This document shows, in pieces, positions 19,577-27,964 of a DNA stretch of 64,000 bases. Source of the DNA: a virus. The translations under genes were made by a program, and so were the position numbers. Below the pieces are notes generated by a model, which searched no databases, had not been told where the DNA came from, and saw only the letters and a list, made by a program, of their open reading frames with translations. The DNA is taken from the IMG/VR virus record IMGVR_UViG_3300032223_000428, positions 12,580 through 76,579 of that record. One strand, 5' to 3'. Position 1 is the stretch's first letter; every line of letters starts with the position of its first letter.

Positions 19577-20905
19577 TTAACAATTACAATTGCAGTTAAT
19601 ACAATTTAAATAATGGTGATGTGGGTCAAGACCTGTGCCAGTATCTAAATGTTCTCTTCCATAACAATTATATGAGTGAAAGAAATGAGAATATTGGCCA
19701 TGATTACCAGATCCAGCACCACGCCCCCAGACACTAACGAAGCTGTTTACCTTTGTATTGGCTGCTACTGCCATATCATTTGTGAACTGTGATAGATGTC
19801 CTGGTCTACCTTGAATACCACCCCATGGTGCATGTGAAGAATGGTGAGTAAAGTCACTACTATGTGCCGCATGAGAATAAGAACTATTGAAGGCATGACT
19901 GACATTAGAAACAATAACAGCACCAGTGTTACCCTGAACAGATGATACTGGAACAGAAACGATTACGTTACCAGTCGCACCATTAACAGATTGAACTGGC
20001 ACGTTAACAATAACAGCACCAGTGTTACCCTGAACAGATGTAACTGGAACAGAAACGATTACGTTACCAGTATTACCCTGAACAGTTAATACGTTTGCAT
20101 TAATAGTTGGGTTACCACCAGTACCATCACCATTCTGAACAGTAATACCTGATCCTGCAGCTATAGATCTTACCGTTGCAGTCGCTGCGCCAGTTCTAAT
20201 GTAAATACCGTTAGACGAAACACTAGAAAGACCAGCAAGGTTATTAGCATATGCTTGGACATCTGTACCAATTGTTAAACCTAGACCAGTACGAGCAGTT
20301 GCTTGATCGGCAGACGCTTCCAATCCACGCATAAATGCAGAAGAAGTATATGTACCAGCTGTTCCTACCCCAGTAAAATATGGAACAGCACCAGCAGCAG
20401 AAGATACACTGGCCAGTGCAGCAAGTTCAGCATCATAAGCCTGAACGTCTGTGCCAATTGCCAAACCCAATGCAGTTCTTGCAGCAGGGGCATTATTAGA
20501 TCCAGTACCACCAGAGCCAATAGGTAGAGCAGTTGTAAGTGTTGTAATAGAACCACTAGTAATTGCTGCTACGCCAGTAAATGTACCAGAAAAATTCGTA
20601 GCTGTAATGGTGTTACCAGCGAAGTTACCAGAACTATCACGAACTACAACAGAACTTTTATTGACACCTGCAGGTAATGCAGAAGATGTATCTAATCCAT
20701 CTAGAAAGTCAGCGTCTAGAAGAGAACCTGTACCATCAACGGTAATAAGTTTAGCCAGTACATCTGCAGCAGTATAACTAGCAGCAGTAAGACCTGTTTG
20801 AAGAGCTGTATTGAGGGCTGAGAAGTTATTATCAACTTCAGTATTAGTAAGAGGACTGCCCTTAGTACCTCTTAACGTAATGGTTGCAGCGGATATATTT
20901 GCCAT
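19577..20905 (-). CDS. Tail fibre protein with His-rich, Asn-Cys-repeat C-terminal tip
   Basis: ITLRGTKGSPLTNTEVDNNF N-terminus, LDAD.LDG, ARTALGL.IGTDVQAY and SVQGNTGAV fibre repeats; ends YLNCINCNCNC. Confidence 0.82.
   Translation of the reverse strand: MANISAATITLRGTKGSPLTNTEVDNNFSALNTALQTGLTAASYTAADVLAKLITVDGTGSLLDADFLDGLDTSSALPAGVNKSSVVVRDSSGNFAGNTITATNFSGTFTGVAAITSGSITTLTTALPIGSGGTGSNNAPAARTALGLAIGTDVQAYDAELAALASVSSAAGAVPYFTGVGTAGTYTSSAFMRGLEASADQATARTGLGLTIGTDVQAYANNLAGLSSVSSNGIYIRTGAATATVRSIAAGSGITVQNGDGTGGNPTINANVLTVQGNTGNVIVSVPVTSVQGNTGAVIVNVPVQSVNGATGNVIVSVPVSSVQGNTGAVIVSNVSHAFNSSYSHAAHSSDFTHHSSHAPWGGIQGRPGHLSQFTNDMAVAANTKVNSFVSVWGRGAGSGNHGQYSHFFHSYNCYGREHLDTGTGLDPHHHYLNCINCNCNC
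19910..20090. repeat. 48-bp-period coding repeat (VPVxSVQGNTGAVIVS, ~4 copies)
   Basis: ccagtgttaccctgaacagatg and actggaacagaaacgattacgttaccagt recur at 96-bp spacing. Confidence 0.85.
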
Positions 20906-20922
20906 TTAAGGATTCCTTTAAA

Positions 20923-21150
20923 TCAATCTTTTTTATTCATAAATTCGATAATTAATGATTTTATCTCTTTTAGATCATTCTTTATATTATTTATGTCTTC
21001 TTCATGCTGAGAAATTTGACGATTACGATCTTCAGCGATACGTCTTCTTTCCATATATTCTTGATATTCCGTTTGACTAGTATTGATGATAGCCCCAGTC
21101 GAAACATCTCGAACTAGGCTATCATGACCAACAACTTTTAAGTAGTCCAT
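20923..21150 (-). CDS. Small coiled-coil protein conserved after DUF4815 genes in T4-like phages
   Basis: KV.GH..LVRD.STGAIIN motif; start overlaps upstream stop (TAATG). Confidence 0.75.
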   Translation of the reverse strand: MDYLKVVGHDSLVRDVSTGAIINTSQTEYQEYMERRRIAEDRNRQISQHEEDINNIKNDLKEIKSLIIEFMNKKD

Positions 21151-24100
21151 TATGGGCAAGCAATAAGTCTAAAATCTTTAATAATTGGGACTGCAGCACT
21201 GTTTGCAGACTGCATTACTAGTTTAACCACAACAGTATCAAAAGGAATCATATTATTTAATGTATAGTCAACATCATAAAATGTGTTGTTTCCATTATCT
21301 ACTTTGGTTAAACCAGTTCCATCAGCTGTAGCTAAAGTATATTTAGTTGTGTCTAGTTGGGAAGCATCACCCAAACATGTTTTATAATATACCTTAACGT
21401 CTGCCTCACTTGGGCAATTTGCACTCAATTTAATTCTAGTGTATGTAGAAGAATTTGCAAATTTTACAGGTGTGGTTACATATTTACTAATACTATTGCT
21501 ACCAACTGGAGCGATCTCGTCAAAGAATAGTTCTTTCAGAGAGATAGTTGTACCAGAAGCTGCAGCTTCCGAAGCCATAACTGCCTCTGTAGAAGCAGTA
21601 GATGATACGTTAACTGTTGCTGTTGTTCCATTATCAGAGAAACCAGTAACTATCCATGTTCCATTATTAGAAGTAGTTGTAGCACTGGCAATAACAATGT
21701 ATCTACCAATACCAAGTCCTGACAATACGCCTCTGGCTGTTGAGTTTGTAGAAGTAATAGAAGATGGATTACCAACATATCCAAGAAGAGCACTACCATG
21801 ATAAGCAGTACCAAATGTATGAGATGGAGCACTAGTACTACCAGTTCCACCGATCAAACAGATGTATAATTTATTACCATAATAATACTGAGTTCCTGCA
21901 GTCAAAGATTGAGAACCAGTTAAAGTTAACAATGTTCCAGTAATGGCAAAGTTAAATGCACCAGAAGAACCTATGTGAACTTGTTTCAAATCTAATGCAG
22001 CCACGTTAGTGTTTGCTTCTGTTGGCCAGTTTAATTTATTTGAAATTAACTGAACGCTAGAACGTGCAGTATCTATAACTGGAGAGACTGAATCATTTGT
22101 AGTGGAAATCTGTGCAGTTAATATTAAAGATGGAGAACGAGTTGAAGGATCTAATTCTGCAGCAATAAGTTTTGTCTGTTTAAAGATATTATCTTGTTTC
22201 ATCAAAACTGATGTAGAAGTATCTGTAGAATATGCAGTTTGATTACCATCCATTGATGTACCAGTAGTTGTTGTAACAGAATAACTTACTTTATTATCAG
22301 AGAAAGCCTGAACTTCCATTGTTGGGTTTAAAATATCATAAGTGATATTATGTGTGGCTCTCAATAAATTACCACCAGCATATCCAGTACTAGTTGCATT
22401 AGTAGCAGTTGTTATTGTATAACAATGCATATCTACGTTGCTAACAGTTTTACTTCCACTAGACAAAGTTGGTGCAGAGCATATTTCTGTGTATGGAATT
22501 CCATTAAATGTTGTTAATGAAATATATGTTAATACAGCAGTACCATTAGTTGCTTGGCCAACAGTATGAGTTGGCGCAGAAGATCCAGTGGTTCCAGCAG
22601 TTGTTACCTGATAAACTTTACCACTTGATATTACATAAGAGTTTAATGTAACTGCAGTAGATGCTGCCCATGTTGTCGATCCATATGTAATCCATGGCAC
22701 TGTAAGTTTAACAGATGATGCTGTTACAGGACTGAAACCATGGTTAGGGTGCCAGACTCTTACTGTGTTGCTTCCACTAACAGTCTGTAGAGGATCGCCA
22801 TAAAGTTGATCATATGGTAATACGTTATTAACAAATGATACGTTGGCGATCGAATTTGTAGTAAACTTAGCACGATATAAAGTAAATTTAATATCTTGAT
22901 TTTGATCTGGAGTCCATGTTGAAGCATTTTGAGACTTAAACATTACACCAGCATATGGTTGCTCAGAAATAGTTCTACTAGTTCCAGGAATCTCGTCACC
23001 CATATTAGAGATCCAAACTTTATAATTGTTTGAATCTGATTGGATAACGAAACAATATTCTTGACCATCCATCACATAAACAGGTGCATCAAATTTAAAA
23101 TTAGTTGCAACATTATAGTCAGCGTAAGAATTTCCATCCCATATTGTTACTGGATTGTATCCAGAAGCTGTAGGATCTGCACCAGCAACTGGGGCATTAA
23201 CCGAATCTGATTTCAATGATACTGTACTAAATGGAAGAACATATTTTCCTGGAGTACCATTAACTATTTCACGAATAGAAACAGTGACAGGAATATTTGC
23301 ATCTTTAGTTGCAAAGAAAATATCAATAGATGTTAAGAATGCTCCACCTTTATTTTGAACCAAGAATGATTGTGCAAGTGGATCATACCAACCAGTATCA
23401 GAAATAACTGTTGTAACCCCACCACCATAACTTCCATCTTTAGATAAAGTTTGGTACATATTAGGATTATTTGCATCATAATTAATCTGTTCTTGAACAT
23501 ATTCTGGAGATCTAATAGATTGAACTACAGATTGAACAGTCTGTAGTGTTCCAGTAGCATCATACATGCCCATAGCACGTGATGTATAGTTTCCGAATGC
23601 TGTAGAAGAATCAACTAGTTTAAGTTGAGACTTGCCAGTTCTGAAACGAATAGATTCAGTATTTGGAATATAGTATAAGAAATTAAGTTCACCAGCCTGA
23701 TTAGTGGTTAAAGTAGTATTAACTGTTGTTGATATTACAGTACCAGTAGCACTATTATTAAGAGTACCAGTGATAGTTTCGTTTGCACTGAATGTTCCAA
23801 TAATATTGACTAAATCTAAGGCATATGAAGTTGTACCATCAGAATTTAATATTGTATATTTTCCAACAACTACAGCAGAAGCTGTTTGTGCCTGATTATT
23901 GATGACATCACCTTTTGTTAAACAAACCTGTGTATCACCAGCTATTCTTCGCTTAGCATCTGTACCTGCACCACCAACATTTGTTGTAGTATCAAATAAT
24001 TTATGTGTAACCAGTTTGGCAGAAGAAGTTGAGCCAGTTGGCGTATAAATCATCGTTGTTGTTGGAGTGCAATAGTCAGAAACTGCAATCTCATTAAAAT

Positions 24101-27100
24101 ATGCATAGAATCTTGTATTTGGTTTTAACCCTTTGGCTTGAACCAATAAATTTCTAGATCTTACATAAGGAATCATTGCTGTAGAAAGAACCTTATCGCC
24201 AACAGTGACTCTATCTGTTTTAGGAATAACAGATGTTTTAGTTCCTGTTCTAGATTTAAATCCAGTTTGTGACCATGTAGTTACACCTGTAGTAGATGTT
24301 GTTAGAGATCTAAGAGCCATTCCACCATTGGCTGACCAATTTCCACCTAGATTATTTAATTGATCTCTACTTGTACTATTTTGATTATATGATTGAATCG
24401 TTGATGGTGCAGTAGAAGATTGAACGCCATTCCAATGGTCATTCCATTCTCCCCAAATAGGGAATCCATTATTTGAATCAACCCAATTTTTAACAGCGGT
24501 ATAATTATCAATATTCTCAACCAATTCTGGCGCACGAGCAGTATCAAACCAATCATCAGATGGTGGATTAATTTGAACAGTTCCTAAGAATGTAAATATT
24601 GCAAATGGATTAACATTCTCAAGTCTAGATGCATATCCTTGTTTAATAAATTCTTGTGATGTATATGGTAAAGTTATAACATCACCAGTTAATTGATATC
24701 CTGAAGAAGTTCTAGCAGCAGTGTTAGAATTTTGTTCAATTAAATCAACATTATGGGATGTGTGCGCTGGACGTAATAAGTTATTCTTCATATCAATAGA
24801 ACAAACATAGTCTTTTGACGTAGTATTTGCTAATGAAGAACCACCGAAATTGTCAACGACAAATCCGTTTTTCATTCTATCAAGACCAGTACTATCTGTA
24901 ATTTTAAGTGTACTAGTTTCTGCTTCTAATAAAGATAAAGAAGTATAGTATTCTAAGTTATCAATACGTTTTTCAAGTTTACCAATATCACGCATTGTGT
25001 AGCGTTTGTTATCGACTTTAATGACAGCTACGCTAGATGTAGTAGTACCAAATGTATATGGTTCTAATGTTAGATTATAAAGAACCATCGCATTGGCTGG
25101 TGCTGTTGGCTCTCCTGGAGAAACAGATGAAACACCAAGAACATCAAAGAATGTTCCATTTTTATCAATAGAAATTTTATCTTTTCTACCAAGATAATAG
25201 CTAAAGTCTAATGTTGTATATTCACCTCGTTTTGGTGGATTAGACCATGAAGAGCCAGTACCAGCAAATACTCTAGTAGAAGCATTAACAGATTTATTGG
25301 CAACTCTTGGACGGAAGTCCAAAGAGTCTCTCAATAGAGGAGGAATTTGTTTATAATCTATCGAATAAGAATCTCTATCAAAATAATCTCCAGCACCATG
25401 TTCAAAATATTCATATTGAATTTGAATTGGATTTGATGGAGCTGTATATGAAGGTAATAGATTTAATCTACCCAAATCATAATGAGTAGTTCTTTGTCCA
25501 TTATCAAAACTGTAACGCTCAGAGATATCTTGTGTATAATAAGAAGGGTCTTTAGAAGCTGTACCACTAAAAGACAATGATGGAGCCATCTTAATGCTTA
25601 TAATTCTAAACACATCAGCTTTATCTAATAATAGAGTTGTAGCCTGTGCAGTATCAGCAGTAATAAAGGTATCATGATCTTTTGTACCATCACTAGAGAT
25701 TGGTGATACAGTTGTGGTTAATGATTTAGTCTTTTCGAATCCTGATCCACTTTTCTTAACTGCAGCAATAACTGAATATGTTCCAGCTGATGGGACAGTT
25801 ATGGTTACGTTACTTCCAGAAACAGAAATTTTATCATATGTAATATTCTGTATACTTCCATCAGAATCTTTAGTTACAATATAATTGTCCTGATCTGCAG
25901 CTGGAGCAAATGTTCCAGCGACACTTAAACCAAGAGATGTAGTTGCTGTTGTGACACTGGTAAATTTAACGTATGAATAGTAGTTTAAGTTATTAACACC
26001 ACCACTACCAGAAGTTCTTACATTCTTAACAGAAGAATATGGAAGTGGGAAAATTAATGATGTATTTGTTGCTTCATTAATAGCAGTACTTGCAATTTGC
26101 ATTGCACCACCACTAACTGTAATTGCTGAATCAACAGTTATTGAAGTTTGGCTGTTAATTGCTGTAACTTTACGATAACTAGAAGCAGAGCCATCAGTGA
26201 TTAAAAGATAATCATTAAGTTTAACATCAGTTTGGAAAGATGTTCCAGTACCAGTTAAAGTGGCAGAAGCAGAAGCAGTGACAGATCCAGTTATTTTAGT
26301 TAATATAGGTTGGATATCTGCTGTGAAGATAAGAGTGCCACCTGGATTATAGTATATTGATTTTACGTTTCTGCTAAAATCATAACCAGAATACATCTGA
26401 ATATCAAATAAACCCAATTTGTAAATCGATGTGCTACCATATGGAAGGACACTTTGCCATTCCATAAAACGAACACGTGCGGTTCCAACTGCAGTTCCTA
26501 GATTGGATGCTGTTGTAGTTCCTCTATATGATGATCCAGATAATCCATTATACAATGTAACAATACCAGCACTGTCTACTGGTGGTGGGTTATACACGTT
26601 TGTTACATTAATGTAATTTCCGATTGTTGGTGCCAATACTGAACTTGTTGCTTGTTCATAATCTCTGGCTTTTGGCACTGTTAAGTATGATGTTCCAAGT
26701 TTTTCAATCTCAACACCTCTAACATAAGCCTTACCAGCTTCTAAACCAATAGCCAATTTTGTTTCATCACCATCTAAATTAATACCACGATTGTATAGTG
26801 GATTTATATCATAGAACCATGTGATAGTACCATCTGATGCATTACCAGATGTATGAGTTGGAGCTGTACTACCAGAAGTTGCGCTAGTTCTAGCTGTATA
26901 AGTTAAACCAGCATTTGTTACAACATCACCAATTATATAAGCAGTATTCTGTGTCCACTGCCCACGATTATTATTTCTATGTTCACGAACATCAATGTTA
27001 AAATCACGAACAGTGTAATCTCCAGATTCATCATAAGTACGACGTGCAAGTTCGACATCAATATCTGAATAGATCTGATTTAATGGATTATCAGGAACAA

Positions 27101-27926
27101 TTGTTGCAACTTGTCCATTAGTTACACGGATAAGTTCAATAAAATTATAATCACTAGTATCTGATAATGAACGCTTTGCTAGAGTCAAATCAATATAGTA
27201 ACGATGCGCTCCAGGCGCAGCAAAGTTGTAACTATTTTGAGCATTATCTAATAAAGATTCATCATCCTCTGATGTGATAATTTTCTCAGATACTTCCAAA
27301 CCAATACGATAAGATGGAGTACCAGTATATTTGTCTAATACTAAATTCTGTTTTTCAACTAATACGAAATTCTTATTGACATAATAAACACCACGTTCTA
27401 CAGTGGTCATGGAACCTTTACCAGTAGAACTAGTAGAGTATGCCTGAACATAAAGAGAGCTAGAATCAGTTGTATGAATAACTTCGTTATCAGCGAATGT
27501 TTTTGTTACTTTATCTGTTCCAGAAGCAGTATAACGAATATAAAGTGTGGCAGGATCAGTATTCTCAGCTGGCAGTGCTACGATAACTTGAGCAGTAACA
27601 CCAGTAGTTCCACCAACAATAGTTTTTCCATTTAACGAATTAATAAATGTAGCAACAGCAACACCATTATAAGAATTCTGTAATTTAACATAATCTATAC
27701 CTTTGGTGTTTGAGTAGGCAGTTTCAACAGAAGCCTGTCCAGGAACAACCATAGCACCTTGTTTAAATGCATTATCACCATGACGAGATATTTGATTTTG
27801 CAGAATAGTCTGCAATTGAGTCAATTCACGTGCCTGAACTGCAAAAGATGGACGAAATAGTATACGATAAAACTTTTTATCTTCACTATAATCGTCATTG
27901 TATGGTTCGGTATTAAAATCGATCAT
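21150..27926 (-). CDS. Large virion structural protein (DUF4815/VrlC-like)
   Basis: FNTEPY.DDY..DK.FYRILFRP..AVQARELTQLQTILQNQI, ARRTYDESGDY, RYTMRDIGKLEKRI, DPLAQSF, FKSQNASTW motifs. Confidence 0.88.
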   Translation of the reverse strand: MIDFNTEPYNDDYSEDKKFYRILFRPSFAVQARELTQLQTILQNQISRHGDNAFKQGAMVVPGQASVETAYSNTKGIDYVKLQNSYNGVAVATFINSLNGKTIVGGTTGVTAQVIVALPAENTDPATLYIRYTASGTDKVTKTFADNEVIHTTDSSSLYVQAYSTSSTGKGSMTTVERGVYYVNKNFVLVEKQNLVLDKYTGTPSYRIGLEVSEKIITSEDDESLLDNAQNSYNFAAPGAHRYYIDLTLAKRSLSDTSDYNFIELIRVTNGQVATIVPDNPLNQIYSDIDVELARRTYDESGDYTVRDFNIDVREHRNNNRGQWTQNTAYIIGDVVTNAGLTYTARTSATSGSTAPTHTSGNASDGTITWFYDINPLYNRGINLDGDETKLAIGLEAGKAYVRGVEIEKLGTSYLTVPKARDYEQATSSVLAPTIGNYINVTNVYNPPPVDSAGIVTLYNGLSGSSYRGTTTASNLGTAVGTARVRFMEWQSVLPYGSTSIYKLGLFDIQMYSGYDFSRNVKSIYYNPGGTLIFTADIQPILTKITGSVTASASATLTGTGTSFQTDVKLNDYLLITDGSASSYRKVTAINSQTSITVDSAITVSGGAMQIASTAINEATNTSLIFPLPYSSVKNVRTSGSGGVNNLNYYSYVKFTSVTTATTSLGLSVAGTFAPAADQDNYIVTKDSDGSIQNITYDKISVSGSNVTITVPSAGTYSVIAAVKKSGSGFEKTKSLTTTVSPISSDGTKDHDTFITADTAQATTLLLDKADVFRIISIKMAPSLSFSGTASKDPSYYTQDISERYSFDNGQRTTHYDLGRLNLLPSYTAPSNPIQIQYEYFEHGAGDYFDRDSYSIDYKQIPPLLRDSLDFRPRVANKSVNASTRVFAGTGSSWSNPPKRGEYTTLDFSYYLGRKDKISIDKNGTFFDVLGVSSVSPGEPTAPANAMVLYNLTLEPYTFGTTTSSVAVIKVDNKRYTMRDIGKLEKRIDNLEYYTSLSLLEAETSTLKITDSTGLDRMKNGFVVDNFGGSSLANTTSKDYVCSIDMKNNLLRPAHTSHNVDLIEQNSNTAARTSSGYQLTGDVITLPYTSQEFIKQGYASRLENVNPFAIFTFLGTVQINPPSDDWFDTARAPELVENIDNYTAVKNWVDSNNGFPIWGEWNDHWNGVQSSTAPSTIQSYNQNSTSRDQLNNLGGNWSANGGMALRSLTTSTTGVTTWSQTGFKSRTGTKTSVIPKTDRVTVGDKVLSTAMIPYVRSRNLLVQAKGLKPNTRFYAYFNEIAVSDYCTPTTTMIYTPTGSTSSAKLVTHKLFDTTTNVGGAGTDAKRRIAGDTQVCLTKGDVINNQAQTASAVVVGKYTILNSDGTTSYALDLVNIIGTFSANETITGTLNNSATGTVISTTVNTTLTTNQAGELNFLYYIPNTESIRFRTGKSQLKLVDSSTAFGNYTSRAMGMYDATGTLQTVQSVVQSIRSPEYVQEQINYDANNPNMYQTLSKDGSYGGGVTTVISDTGWYDPLAQSFLVQNKGGAFLTSIDIFFATKDANIPVTVSIREIVNGTPGKYVLPFSTVSLKSDSVNAPVAGADPTASGYNPVTIWDGNSYADYNVATNFKFDAPVYVMDGQEYCFVIQSDSNNYKVWISNMGDEIPGTSRTISEQPYAGVMFKSQNASTWTPDQNQDIKFTLYRAKFTTNSIANVSFVNNVLPYDQLYGDPLQTVSGSNTVRVWHPNHGFSPVTASSVKLTVPWITYGSTTWAASTAVTLNSYVISSGKVYQVTTAGTTGSSAPTHTVGQATNGTAVLTYISLTTFNGIPYTEICSAPTLSSGSKTVSNVDMHCYTITTATNATSTGYAGGNLLRATHNITYDILNPTMEVQAFSDNKVSYSVTTTTGTSMDGNQTAYSTDTSTSVLMKQDNIFKQTKLIAAELDPSTRSPSLILTAQISTTNDSVSPVIDTARSSVQLISNKLNWPTEANTNVAALDLKQVHIGSSGAFNFAITGTLLTLTGSQSLTAGTQYYYGNKLYICLIGGTGSTSAPSHTFGTAYHGSALLGYVGNPSSITSTNSTARGVLSGLGIGRYIVIASATTTSNNGTWIVTGFSDNGTTATVNVSSTASTEAVMASEAAASGTTISLKELFFDEIAPVGSNSISKYVTTPVKFANSSTYTRIKLSANCPSEADVKVYYKTCLGDASQLDTTKYTLATADGTGLTKVDNGNNTFYDVDYTLNNMIPFDTVVVKLVMQSANSAAVPIIKDFRLIACP

Positions 27927-27964
27927 TCGTTTACTCTTCTCTAATTGTTAATTACTATTATTTA

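Noticed and set aside
19577-19906. Diversity-generating retroelement target (Asn-rich fibre tip)
   Set aside because: No template repeat copy or reverse transcriptase seen in this window
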